NCBI RefSeq assembly: GCF_036971445.1
Contig: NC_091470.1
Location: 349,866,001 to 349,930,000, forward strand
From: Narcine bancroftii
Taxonomy: Eukaryota
DNA: 64,000 bases
Direction of reading: 5' to 3'
Both the position numbers and the translations under genes were made by a program. Shown piece after piece: positions 37,322 through 50,504 of the stretch. Position 1 is the stretch's first letter. Every line of letters starts with the position of its first letter. The notes under the pieces were generated by a model. It worked only from the letters and a program-made list of their open reading frames with translations. It did not search any database and was not told where the DNA came from.

Positions 37322-39367
37322 CAGTGGTTCGCAACCTTACTCTTTCCATTCACATACCACTTTAAGTATTCCCTATGCCATCAGTGTTCTGGTTAGTAAG
37401 GGATTGCTTAAGGTGGTACGTGGGTTGAAAGAAAAAGTTTGAAAACCACTGTTTTAATTGTATCTAATTGACTCATTATGTGCACAGTTTCATGACTCCA
37501 AAGGAAATGGGCCAATAAAATTTTTTCTCAAGCAAAATATTTCAGTAACAATTGAGTCTCGAGCACTGATTCTCAACCTTCCCTTCCCACTCATGTACCA
37601 CCTTAAGCAATCCCTTACTAATCACAGAGCATCAATGGCATGGGGATTACTTAAAGTGGTATGTTTTTCAAGCTTTGTTGGGACGATTGGTAAACTGCCT
37701 CAGGATCTTCGTGATGCCACCATCATCACCCTGTACAAAAACAAAGGCGAGAAATCAGACTGCTCAAACTACAGGGGTATCACTTTGCTCTCCATTGCAG
37801 GCAAAATCTTCGTTAGGATTCTACTAAATAGAATAATACCTAGTGTCGCCGAGAATATTCTCCCAGAATCACAGTGCGGCTTTCGCGCAAACAGAGGAAC
37901 TACTGACATGGTCTTTGCCCTCAGACAGCTCCAAGAAAAGTGCAGAGAACAAAACAAAGGACTCTACATCACCTTTGTTGACCTCACCAAAGCCTTCGAC
38001 ACCGTGAGCAGGAAAGGGCTTTGGCAAATACTGGAGCGCATCGGATGTCCCCCAAAGTTCCTCAACATGATTATCCAACTGCACGAAAACCAACAAGGTC
38101 GGGTCAGATACAGCAATGAGCTCTCTGAACCCTTCTCCATTAACAATGGCGTGAAGCAAGGCTGTGTTCTCGTACCAACCCTCTTTTCAATCTTCTTCAG
38201 CATGATGCTGAACCAAGCCATGAAAGACCCCAACAATGAAGACGCTGTTTACATCCGGTACCGCACGGATGGCAGTCTCTTCAATCTGAGGCGCCTGCAA
38301 GCTCACACCAAGACACAAGAGAAACTTGTCCGTGAACTACTCTTTGCAGACGATGCCACTTTAGTTGCCCATTCAGAGCCAGCTCTTCAGCGCTTGAGGT
38401 CCTGCTTTGCGGAAACTGCCAAAATGTTTGGCCTGGAAGTCAGCCTGAAGAAAACTGAGGTCCTCCATCAGCCAGCTCCCCACCATGACTACCAGCCCCC
38501 CCACATCTCCATCGGGCACACAAAACTCAAAACGGTCAACCAGTTTACCTATCTCGGCTGCACCATTTCATCAGATGCAAGGATCGACAATGAGATAGAC
38601 AACAGACTCGCCAAGGCAAATAGCGCCTTTGGAAGACTACACAAAAGAGTCTGGAAAAACAACCAACTGAAAAACCTCACAAAGATAAGCGTATACAGAG
38701 CCGTTGTCATACCCACACTCCTGTTCGGCTCCGAATCATGGGTCCTCTACCGGCACCACCTACGGCTCCTAGAACGCTTCCACCAGCGTTGTCTCCGCTC
38801 CATCCTCAACATCCATTGGAGCGCTTTCATCCCTAACGTCGAAGTACTCGAGATGGCAGAGGTCGACAGCATCGAGTCCACGCTGCTGAAGATCCAGCTG
38901 CGCTGGATGGGTCACGTCTCCAGAATGGAGGACCATCGCCTTCCCAAGATCGTGTTATATGGCGAGCTCTCCATTGGCCACCGTGACAGAGGTGCACCAA
39001 AGAAAAGGTACAATGACTGCCTAAAGAAATCTCTTGGTGCCTGCCACATTGACCACCGCCAGTGGGCTGATAACGCCTCAAACCGTGCATCTTGGCGCCT
39101 CACAGTTTAGCGGGCAGCAACCTCCTTTGAAGAAGACCGCAGAGCCCACCTCACTGACAAAAGGCAAAGGAGGAAAAACCCAACACCCAACCCCAACCAA
39201 CCAATTTTCCCCTCCAACCGCTGCAATCGTGTCTGCCTGTCCCGCATCGGACTTGTCAGCCACAAACGAGCCTGCAGCTGACGTGGACGTTTTACCCCCT
39301 CCATAAATCTTCGTCCGCGAAGCCAAGCCAAAGTTGTGAGTGGAAAGAAAAAGGTGGAAAACTACTG
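37322..39367. mobile_element. hAT-type MITE with roughly 130-bp inverted arms, split by an RTE insertion
   Basis: CAGTGG...CTACTG ends, 8-bp TSD GGTTAAAA/GGTTAAAG. Arm 37322-37451 is the reverse complement of 37564-37662 plus 39334-39367. Confidence 0.85.
37663..39333 (+). mobile_element. Young 5'-truncated RTE (BovB-like) LINE with an uninterrupted RT domain
   Basis: QCGFR, FVDLTKAFD, GVKQGC, LFADD and YLG motifs. Premature TAG at 39108 where the other copies have TGG. 3' end ccataaatcttcgtccgcgaagccaagccaaag. Confidence 0.97.
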
Positions 39368-39414
39368 GGTTAAAGGCATTGTGACACTGTCAACCATAAA
39401 GTTTAGGAACGTCC

Positions 39415-39752
39415 TGTTATAGGTCATATTATATTTTATATTGTATTTACACAAGTACATTTTTAGAAAAGATAGATTGTGGGGGTTTAGTGTGTAGGTC
39501 ACTTCACAAAAGAGATCTCATTTAAAAACATATTTATATATAATATAAAATATAACATAACCCATAACAGAACTTTCCTGAACATATACACATTATATAT
39601 CTGTGCTCATAGAATTAGAAAGTAGTAATAAGTTAAAGTTTGATCCTGTTTTTATGTTTAAAGAAAATTAAAAGTAACTTTTCTTTAAGTAACCATTTGT
39701 CTTGGTGAATTTCTATTGCTGCTTGGTTTTGGGGTCCTTTGGACTTGTAATA
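39415..39752 (+). mobile_element. Internally deleted Gypsy solo LTR with 4-bp TSD
   Basis: GTCC-TGTTAT...GTAATA-GTCC; 3' part homologous to 16050-16169. Confidence 0.8.
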
Positions 39753-40124
39753 GTCCCACGTTCTGTTGATGGTTTGTTAGCCACACAGTTGATACACAAA
39801 AGTGTTGGAGGAACACCCCAGGCCTGGAAGCGTCCATTGGAGAGAAAGATATATAACCGACGTTTTGGGCTTGAGTGACTGAGTTATGCAAGTTGATGAG
39901 GGGTGATAAGAAGAAAAAAGCAGCCAATGCTGGAAGCTGTTCAGAAGACAAGGTGACAATGGTGATGTGAAGAGAGGCTAAGTGGAATCAAAAGTGGGAG
40001 GGGTGGAGAGAGTAGAGGAATTCAGTTGGAAGAACCAAAAAAAGAGGATGACAGGTGGAATTAGGTGGGACAAAAAAGAGAGGGGAAAAGGGGGGGGGAT
40101 TGGGCAAGATGAAGAATTTGTTTC

Positions 40125-40907
40125 AAAAAATGGCTGCAGTTGGTGTGGACCCACGGAGAGTGGGGAGTGAAGTCTCAGCAATCCCCCGCAGGGTCCAGCT
40201 GCCTAGTCCGATTGCAGTCTACTCTGTATAGGCTTTAAATGGCCTGTTAAAGGAGCTGACAATGGTTTATATTAAAATCCCACAACTGCAGGGCTTGGCC
40301 TGAGATGACGGCTCCTAAGATCAGCAGCAGGCCACAAAGGTTTGCAGACTCTGGGGAAGCAAAGGATTGGCTCAAGGCACCAAATAACAGGGAGACAGCA
40401 CCCCATTTGAGGAGAGAAGCAAAGGAGACGACCCATGGGACGGTGACCTTAGCAGTGGACCTGTGAGGGGCTGTGAGGCTGAGGAACTCATAGGCAATGG
40501 GGCTGTTGGTGACTCGAGGAGAGGAACCCATGTATGATGCGGGCTGCTGGAGACTGTGGTCACCAGGCTGCAGACTGCTGGAGACTGGCTCGTGGCTGGC
40601 TGAAGGGGTACTAGGTATGGGAACCGAGATGTGAGAGGGTGGCTGGGGACTTTCTGGTCTGTATCTGGAGCTCAGGGTGCTGATAGTTTGGACCTATGAC
40701 TGTGTGGCTGCAGAGGCTCTGAGTGTGCTGGAATCAAAGTCAGTGACTCTGCGGGGGGACGCAGTTTTGCTTCTCTTTCTCTCTCTCTGTTAGGGGTGCT
40801 GGGCAATTTTGCTGAAAGAGAATCTTTGCCTGCCTTACAGTAGACTAAGTGAAATTTCGTGTCATGTCACATTTTCTGTTTTATCACAGAGCAATAATCT
40901 TGAATCT
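40125..40907 (+). mobile_element. Non-autonomous LINE-derived element
   Basis: Co-linear with 13470-14248 (aaatggcctgttaaaggagc, aagatg.cgg..ccta.gatc.gcagcag, tail tgccttacagtagac...cttgaatc). Confidence 0.75.
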
Positions 40908-43075
40908 AGTAATTTATTTGTGATAGCAGGCAAAATGGAGAAGTGATTAATTGGGGAAGGGCTAATTACGATGGGCTGAGGCAGGAAACTAGGGAGAGTA
41001 GATTGGAAACAAATGTTCAAGGATGAAAGCACAGAACTAATATGGAGGAAGTTGAGGGACCCCCCCCCCCCCCCCCGCCACCCCGCCCTGTGCTGGGTTC
41101 AGGATAGGTGTGTCTCACTTGGACAGGGAAATGATGGTAGGAAAAAGCGAACTGTGGTTGGCAAAACCAAGTGAGGCAGCTAGTTTATAGGAAGAAGGAA
41201 GCATACATTAGATATAGGAAGCAGGATGCAGGAAGAGCTCATGAGAAATATATGGTAGCCAGGAAGGAGCTTAAGAAAGTGGGCATGAAAAGGTCTTGGC
41301 ATGTAGGATTAAGGATAAACCCCAAGGGAAGAACAGAAGGATAATGAGAATGAAGGTGGACCACTATAGGGTAAAGGAGGAAAATTGAACCTGGAAGCAG
41401 AGGAGGTTGGGGAGATCCTAAATGAATACTTCAGTATTCACAAGAGAAAAAGAACTTGATCAGGGTGAGGTCAGATTAGAACAGGCTTGTGTGGTGAATC
41501 ATGTTGAGATTAAGGAAGAGGAAATGTTTGAGCTTCTTAAAAACATTAAATTGTTAAATCCCTGGGAGGGCTGCGGTATACCCCGGGTTGCTGTGGGAAG
41601 TGAGGGTCGAGATTGTTAGTGGAGTGGCGATAATCTTTGAGTCCTCTCTGGCCACAGATGAAGTGCTGGAGGATTGGAGAAGGGCAAATGTGGCTTCCTT
41701 GTTTGAAAAAGGTAATAGGAGAATCCTGGGAATTATAGACTATAGACTAGAGAGCCTTACATCCTCTCTATTGGAGAGGATTCTTAAGGATAGGATCTAT
41801 GAACATTTGGAGAAGTACAGACGACCCAAGGATATTCAGCATGGTCTTGTGAAGGGAAGGTAATGCCTCACGGGTCTAATTGATTTTCTTAGGAAGCTAA
41901 CAACGGAAATTGATGAGAGTAGGGTAGTAGATGTGGTCTATATTGATTTTAGTAAGGCATTTGACAAGGTCCCTCATGGGAGACTCGATCAGAAAGTCAT
42001 GAGGCATGGGATCCATGGAATCTTGTCTGTGTTGATAAAAAATTGCATGTAGAAAGCCGAGAGTAGTAGTGGATGGAAAGTATTCTGCCTGGAGGTCAGT
42101 GACTGGTGGAGTGCCGCAGGAATCTGTTCTGAGACCCCTGCTCTTTGTGAATTTTATAAATAACCTAGATGGAAGGATTGGTCAGTATGCTTGTGGATGA
42201 TACAAAGGTTGGAGGAGTCATGGACTATGCTGAAGTTTGTTGTAGGTTACAAAAGGATATAGACAGGATGCACAGTTGGGAGGAAAAGTTGCAGATGGTA
42301 TTCAATCCAGGTAAGTGTGAGGTGATGCATTTTGGAGGGACAAACCAGAAGGCTGAGTACACGGTTAATGGTCAGTTACTTAAGAGTGTGGATGAACAGA
42401 GGGACCTTGGGGCCCAACTCCACACATCTCTCAAGGTTGCTGCGCAAGTTGATAGGAGAGTTAAGATTTTTGGGTTCATTAATAGGGGATTGCATTCAAG
42501 AGTCAAGAGGTCATATTGCAACTCTATAAATCTATGGTGAGACCACACTTAGAGTGTTGTGTTCAGTTTTGGTCACCTCATTATAGGAAGGATGTGGAAG
42601 CTATGTGGAAGGGTGCAGAGGAGATTTACTAGACCACTACCCGGATTGGAAAATAAATCTTAGGGGGCAAGGTTAACAGAGCTGGGACCTTTCTCTTTGG
42701 AGTGAAGAAGGATGATAGGAAACTTAATTGAGCTTGATAAGATTCTGAGAGACATAGACAGGGTGGACAGTCAGCACCTTTTTCCCTGGACAGGAATAGC
42801 AAACACCAGAGGACATATGTACAAAGTCAAGGGAGGGATGTTTAGGGGAGACATCAGGGGTAAGTTTTTTACACCTAGAGTTGTGGGTTCCTGAAATTCC
42901 TTGCCAGGGATGGTGGTGGAAGCTGAAACATTTGGGGCATTTAAGAGATTCTTAGGCACATGAATGAAAATAAAATAGAAAATTACAAGGTAGGAAGGGC
43001 TTAGAACCTTTTTTGGTAGGAATATATGGGTCAGCACAACATCCTGTACTGTGCTGTAGTGTTCTATGTTCCATG
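40908..43075 (+). mobile_element. Long decayed CR1 LINE (linker, RT and 3' UTR)
   Basis: EDWRRANV..LF.KG, QHG..KGR, DVVYIDFSKAFDKVPH, DDTK, FNPGKCEVMHFG; tail tgtgctgtagtgttctatgttc. Confidence 0.95.
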
Positions 43076-44189
43076 AAGTATTTCTGACTCTGGATGATGT
43101 GTGACTTGGAGCGAACAGGCAGGTGGTAATGTTCCTTTGTGGTACTGTCCTTTCTTAGTGGTTGTTGTGTTCAGAATAGGAACAACAGGTTGAAAGAGAA
43201 TCAAGGCTGGACATGTATTATGAACAAACAGTGGTTGTTATTTATGTGAATTCATAAAATGTGGTGGTAGTCATGTGTCCTGCTGTTGGAGGACCAGAAG
43301 TTACAAGACCTCATTTTGCAGATGGGACACACAGAAGTTATACTGGTGTCATTTTGAGGAATTGATTGTTTCATTGGATGGATGGGATGCCAATCAAGTG
43401 AGTATCTTTCCCCTGAACCTGTGGAGAGTAACAAATGTTTTGACAACATTAAAACAACATTTGTCCAGACAGCTGGACAGTAATCAATCATATTTCTGAC
43501 TTGTGCTTTGGAGCTGCTTAAAGAGAGTCAGAAGGAAAATTCCTTGCCATGGGGGTATACGGCCTCTCATTTGTGTGTATGTTTTGTAGACTTCAGAGAG
43601 ACATACAACATGGAAACAGGCCCTTCAGCCCAACTCGTTTATGCTGACAAATTTGTGTGTGCTTGGCCCCATATCTCTCAACCTTTTCTATCCATACACC
43701 TGTCCAAATCTCTTGAATGCCATCGTTATCCTCACCTCTACAGCTCCTTTCATCTACTCACTACTTTGGATATCAAAAGATGCCCTTCATGGCCCTTTTA
43801 AATCTTTCCTCTCTTGCTATAAATCGAGGCCCTCTAGTTTTAAACTCCTCTATCCTCAGAATGAGACTGTCACCAACTACCTAAGCTTCTCATGAATGTA
43901 TAAACTTCTAAAACAGGAGTGGCCAAACTTTTAATTTTTAATTTAGGCATACAGCATGGCAACAGGCCATTTTGGCCCATGAGTCCATGCTGCCCAATTA
44001 ATCTACTCCCACCCCCTCCCCCCCACCCCCCCGTATGTACTTGAGGGTTGAAATGGCCTTTTACTGTGCTGTTACCTGTTAAAGTCTAAAAGGTCACCAA
44101 TCAGCTTCCAGCACCCCACAGAAAAGCTTCTCCAGCCTTTCCTTATAACTCAAGTCTTCCAGTTCAGGTAACACCCTTTCCATCTTAAT

Positions 44190-44830
44190 TACATCAAAGG
44201 TTCCTTTTATTGTCACATAATAATACATGAAAAATCTAATATACAGGGTATACTTTAACTTCTGACTGCCATATGGCAAACAAATAGTCACCATGAGCAC
44301 TTGCCGGCACTCCTAATAGGAGAAAGAAAGGCAAAAGAGAGACCTTTCAGAAATACTCAACGACCGTGGATTTGTCTCCAGAACTTCTGCAGCCGCACCG
44401 ATTCTGTTCAAGCCATTGGCAACCTGAGCTCCCGTTCCAAACTTCCAATACAGTTAGGAAGTCCCTTCAGGAGCCATTTTGCCTTCAGCACCCTCTCCAA
44501 TCCCGGTTCTGACCTGGTCCCCATGCTCTAGTCTCCTGCAGCCTATGTGGTTCCTTCAATAGCAAGTTGCCAACATCCTGTAGCCTGTGTGTATCCCTCA
44601 GTTGCTGAGCTCCTCGCTGGTCCACTGCCGTGCTCACCTTCCCTGTAGGGTCATCTCCCATTCTTCTACTAAAAGGGGACAGGGGAGAAATGTTTCCCCG
44701 TTTCTGATGCCCCGTTCCTGTCTATTTTTCCCCTGGAGACTGCAACTCCTCGCAGTATGCTGTCAGCTTCTTTAACTGGCTGTTGAAGTCTATAAGAATT
44801 AGGTCTGGGTGGTCGGACCCTGCAGAGCAG
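44190..44830 (-). mobile_element. Non-autonomous element carrying the aagttaaag...tgacaataaaaggaacctt tail
   Basis: The minus-strand 3' end matches the tails at 14950-15016 and 62820-62894. Confidence 0.6.
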
Positions 44831-44849
44831 CACTGTTCTTGTCCCCTTC

Positions 44850-45642
44850 TCTCCCAGGTCTGCACCTTGGTGTTCTCCAAGATCAGGGACTCAACATCGA
44901 ACCAGGAGGCCATGGACATTCTCAAAGGACAATACCTGCACAAAATCAACGTTGTTTATGCTAGAAACCTTCTAGTGACTTGAAAACAATGACACGATGA
45001 GTCAAACGACGAATATCTTTGGCCCCTGCGAGCCCTCAGCAAAGCCTGCGAATGCAAAGCTGTGTCTGCCATGGAGTATACCGATGACCTGATCCGGGAT
45101 GCCTACGTCACGGGGATCAGGTCGAACTACATATGACAGAGACTTTTGGAGCAAGGGGAACTCAGTCTGTGGAGAGCAGTTGAGCTGGCAGATACATTGG
45201 AGGTGGCTCTCCAGAACATGGAAGCCTACTTGACTGACATCGCAGCCACATCATGATCACCCCGATCGCAGCCATCCCAGGATATGCCACCACCCCTCAT
45301 CCACTAACGACCAGACTACAGCAGTAGTGCTCCACAAAAGGCCTCCCAGTCTCCCCCTGGCAGGAGGTTCTCCCGGAGGCCCTTCACTCTATCAAGTCCC
45401 TGCTGTGCACCGCCACTAACGCTGCACCACATGAACATATGTTTTCCTTCCCCAGGAAATCTGTGACAGGGACCACACTACCAGCATGGTTGACGTTCCA
45501 AGGGCCCGTCCTGCTCTAGAGTCACGTGAGGAACCATAGATCTAACCCATTGGTCGAAAGGGTCCACCTCCTCCATGCCAACCCCTAATATGCCTACGTG
45601 GCATATCTGGACAGACACGAGGACACCGTTTCCGTAAGGAAA
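44850..45642 (+). mobile_element. Gypsy internal relic: gag joined to integrase C-terminus
   Basis: AMDILKGQY..KINVVYAR..L; CECKAVSA.EY.DDLIRDAYVTGIRS; IKSLLCTATN..PHE; PLVERVHLLHANP.YAYV. Confidence 0.85.
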
Positions 45643-46771
45643 CTGCAAGATATATACTATCTGTATAGATTACACGCTATGAGATTTGTTTCCAGGACAA
45701 GCACCGTTTAACATTTTCTATAATTTTTTTAATTGATTCACACTTTAGATTCCTTTGTACGAATAAGGAACAAACTTGGATTTAATTAGGAAATTATATT
45801 GCTTGCACCAAAGTTTTTATTTCTGACCTAATGTATAGTTACTAAATTAAAAAATCAATCACTAGTGCTCTGTGCTTCAAAACTTAAATTGTCCCACAAT
45901 TTAAATTGATAATTTCCACTGTTGGTCTTATAGCTTCTATCATGGTGGAAGTCTGCACGTCAAAGTTTGTGCTTCGCGCGTAATTTTGCTTGTAACCTGT
46001 GTAATTCTAGATGCAGTGGAGCAGGTCCCCGATTAACATGCCATTTCACACATGGAGGAATTTGTGTGCCAGTGTTTGGAACAACTTCACATCTAGTGAA
46101 TTACTTTTCAGATGTAATTACCATTGTTCGGTCTGCTAGTCAAGCAAAGACTTGCATTCAGCAAAGGTCAATAAACTCTTCACAAAACAAATGAAACAAA
46201 GGACATAATTACATGAAAAGAAAGAGAAATAAAAGCAGCAAATAATGGAAGTATCATTTTTCGATTCCTTTCTGTCCTGTTGCAACCAGCAGATTTCCCC
46301 TTATACAGGGAAATAGCATTACATCACTCAGACCAAAGCTGTGCTAGTCCATCTTTGTCAAACATTTTGTCTTCTCTCGCACATAGACCCTGACCCTGCT
46401 ACATCCTTAACTGAGACCTGTTTCCACTTCTGGTTCAACCTTTGCTATCTGACCTCACTAATTTCAACGTTTTTCCTGTTTGTTCACCCCGCTTTAATTT
46501 GTCAAACACAGCCATTGTTTTGTTTCTTTGGCACTCATGACCTTGTCGATTTCTATTGATTCCTAAAGAGTTAAAAGCAGAATTATATTTCCTCTTCATT
46601 TGCCCATTGTCTCACTATTCTTTTTTCATGAATATCTTGCGGGATAGTATGCATTTTCCAATGTTTTAATGTTAATATCGTTTGTCTTCTCCAAAAATCC
46701 GTTGTGCCTTTTAATGACAGAGTTACCAGCTCAAATTTTGCCGTATACCATTAGCTCTGATCTCCTCTTCT

Positions 46772-47330
46772 TCTTTGGCTTGGCTTCGCGGACGAAGATT
46801 TATGGAGGGGGTAAAACGTCCACGTCAGCTGCAGGCTCGTTTGTGGCTGACAAGTCCGATGCGGGACAGGCAGACACGGTTGCAGCAGTTGCAGGGGAAA
46901 ATTGGTTGGTTGGGGTTGGGTGTTAGGTTTTTCCTCCTTTGCCTTTTGTCAGTGAGGTGGGCTCTGCAGTCTTCTTCAAAGGAGGTTGCTGCCCGCCAAA
47001 CTGTGAGGCGCCAAGATGCACGGTTTGAGGCGTTATCAGCCCACTGGCAGTGGTCAATGTGGCAGGCACCAAGAGATTTCTTTAGGCAGTCCTTGTACCT
47101 TTTCTTTGGTGCACCTCTGTCACGGTGGCCAGTGGAGAGCTCGCCATATAACACGATCTTGGGAAGGCGATGGTCCTCCATTCTGGAGACGTGACCCATC
47201 CAGCGCAGCTGGATCTTCAGCAGCGTGGACTCGATGCTGTCGACCTCTGCCATCTCGAGTACTTCGACGTTAGGGATGAAAGCGCTCCAATGGATGTTGA
47301 GGATGGAGCGGAGACAATGCTGGTGGAAGC
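46772..47330 (-). mobile_element. 5'-truncated RTE copy
   Basis: Near-identical to 38775-39333; probable TSD CCTCTTCT at 46764-46771 and 47330-47337. Confidence 0.95.
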
Positions 47331-49966
47331 CTCTTCTAAAATATTTCAGTATACCTCTGATCCTGCCACCATACTTTAATGATGTGTTTTCATCTCTGTG
47401 AAGAATTACAAGTGCTATTATGGTAAATCTATTGTAAAGGTGCAAATAGTTATTGGTCAGTCATTTTTTCTTTTTGCAGTCAATTCACTGAGTCGCATTT
47501 GTCAGTTATCACTGTGAAAACAGAAAATCCTGGAAGTGCATATCAGATCAGGCAGCCACCTCTTTCCATTGATGAACATTTTCAGTATTTTCCATTTTTA
47601 TATTTAGATTTACAGCTTCTGCATTTTTTTTATCTTCATCTTTGATACCCAACTTATTTACTGTCTGAATGCAAAATGCTTCCAACTATTGTCGTGCCCT
47701 TGCCTTATGTTATCTTGTGTACGCTCGTTTATTTCTTTGGTAACCTACTTTGAAATCTGTCATCAATGAACATCAAAATATTATGAAAAAATATTTTTCT
47801 AAATATATACAATTTAAGAGAGATTTGGATGCAACGTGCACCTCCTTGTCTGTGTAAAATGTAAAAGATTTTTACTCATCTAATGGAACTTAATCAGAAC
47901 ACTTATGGTGAAAGCTTCTTAGAATACTCTTTCCAAACTCTCCAAAGGTACAGCTGTTAGCAGTGGTTATTAGTTTATGTACAGATACCTGTCAAGATTT
48001 CAACAGGGTCATCCATCAGCTTGACAAGAACCCTGATTAAGTACACTCAGTCTCCTGATCCAGTTTTGTCTTCCACCCAGTCCTCTCCTTTCAGTGAGAA
48101 GCAATCCCCTGACTTTGAGAAAACCACCCTCGATGTTCCTCCCGACTCATCTCTTTCTCCAGCATCTAAATCCTGACTACCAGAATGCTGGATCTGACAT
48201 GCATCCTTGCTTCTTATGCCAACGTTTCTCCTTCCAGGATGGCCTGAAGTGTTTAGCAGAGTTAGGGGAAAGACCTATTTGGAGAAAAAAAATGTTGCCA
48301 AGTGTGAAATGCCAAGTTTGTTGGAACACAACTGTCACAATGGCTATTGTGTACTATATCTTCAGAATGCAGGAACATTTCTAAGCTCATAACCTCTGAG
48401 GAATAACTCAGCAAACTGTCACTAAGTAATCACTACTTTGACCTAATATTCTATTTGTCTATTGTCTGCAGACTTTCGTGGTTTACTTCCATTTGTCTCT
48501 GCCAGTTTTGACAATTTATTTTATTTTCGTCAGGTAATTTCTAAATTGTCAAGCTTTAGTAATTTTGTGGCATTAAAGTATTTGAACATGAAAAATAATC
48601 TATGAATAAACATGGCAGCTTAATCTAATCCTAATTACAAAACCAAACCTGTCAATACCGAAGAGTTCAAAGAAGGAAAGACAGGAAATTAATTGGAAAT
48701 AATTTTTAGAGCAGATGATTTGTTTTCTTTTCTCAAAATCTGTCGAAAACAAACTTGGACCCTTGGTTCCGTGTCTCCTTTGTCGAGTGCATTTCATGCT
48801 TTGTTCCTGACTGGCACAGATCAAAGGACATAGAGTATGAGTTTTGCACAGCAGTTGGGACAATGCAAAAGCTTTTAGCTTCGTTGGTCTCAGCAGTGGG
48901 AGGAACAGCGAGACTTTTAATTTGCGTCCTCTGCTGGAGATTCCACACTTGTGGATGGCAGACAAGGAGAACATCTTGTCAATACCCTGCGCTTCTGTTC
49001 ACAAGGCAAGTTAGATGAGGTAATAGACTCTCAGATCACCATGGAAACAGCTAGAAGAATGAATCACACTTCAGGCAAAGAAAGGGAATAGATTGGAAAA
49101 AGAACCAACTTGACAATTTAGGCTGCCTTACATCCCACCTACACATAAAGAAAACACATTGAAAGGCTTCATCCAATGGTGGACAGTGTCAGTGGGGCTG
49201 TAAAGGGAACAAAGAAAATACAGTGAAAATACAGAAGTGCTGGAGTTAACTCTATAGGAGTTATAATATAAACCTCAAAGAAGAGCTTAGGCCTTAAATG
49301 TCGGTGATAAATGTTTACCTCCTATAGACGCTGAATTCCTCTAGCATTTATGTTTTTTTTCCACAATCACAGCATTTGCAGACTTTCATGCTTCACTCTA
49401 ACTGTAATTTTAGCCATACTGTTAACAGAGTACCAATTAACCACAGGATAAGAGGTCAGTTTTATTTAGGATAGAGACATTCTCAAGGGAGGGCTCAGAC
49501 CTGAAATATTGATAGTCTTTTACTTCCGATGGATGCTGTGTGACCTGTTGCGCATTGAGGTGCTTAGGTATAATGCCATAGCTCTTGGAAGGTGGTAACT
49601 CAAGTGGATAGGATGTTAAAGAAAGTGCACTGCAACGCCAGTCAGGGATTGGGTATAAAATATGCAGTTGTTTGAAACTTTAATTAAGCTGCATTTATGT
49701 TCAGTTCTGGTCACCATACAATAGGAAGGATGTAGAGGGTTTTTTGAGCAGGCAGAAGAGATTCGCCAGGACCTTGGCTGGAATGGAATGTTTCAGCCAT
49801 AAAGAGAAGTTGGACAAACTTTGATTGTTGTCTATGAAGCTTCAGAGGCTGAAGTATAGAAGTATATAAAATTATGAGAGGCATAAAAAGGAAAGATAAG
49901 ACTGGACAAAAAATGTTTTCAAAAGGTTGGCTTCCTGAAAAAAAATTGGGGCTTATGATAGACAAC

Positions 49967-50504
49967 TTCAAGCTGAACACAAAGATAATTTCAGATATGC
50001 TGTATCACGTAGGAAGTTGGAGAAATATTAAATTAACTTGTATTGCATTTAGCATATTTAATCGCATAATATTGCGTGGTTCCATGGACCTAAAAACGTT
50101 TTGCCACTGACTTTCATTTGTACTCATCATCTGATGCCTCTCGTGTCAGTGTCCAACAATAGTCGCCCAGAATTGATGGATTCCAATTGCCCTGACACCG
50201 CCTTTCCCTGGTTGCAATATCCTAGTGAAACCTTTCACCACGTTCATCACTGACTGCAACAAGATCAGCAGGGAAGACGTCCAAGTGTGAATGCAGAAAA
50301 TTAATTTTCAATGACTTGTCGCACTTCATGGCTTTGGATGCTTGAAGTAGACTTAAAATATTACAGGAAATCACAAAAATAGATTGTATCTAAAAAAAAC
50401 AGAACATGATAGGAAAATTTTAGGATGATTTTCATAATAATCAGCCCAAAATCCATAAAATACACTCAAATGTGTTCAGGAAGTAAAATCTTCATTGTCC
50501 AGTG
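49967..50504 (-). mobile_element. Chapaev3-like (CMC) DNA transposon deletion derivative
   Basis: Minus translation SLKINFLHSHLDVFPADLVAVSDERGERFH*DI...QGNW..SILGDYCWTL; terminus CACTGGACAATG at 50504. Confidence 0.85.

Noticed and set aside
37458-39110. 550-aa ORF as a host or domesticated RT gene
   Set aside because: The first ~70 codons are read-through from a hAT MITE. The rest is a 5'-truncated RTE with a premature stop, near-identical to other dispersed copies.
48600-48995. 124-aa minus-strand ORF as an exon
   Set aside because: Overlapping open frames on both strands, weak GTTTGG donor, phase incompatible with the next candidate exon, and no recognisable protein.
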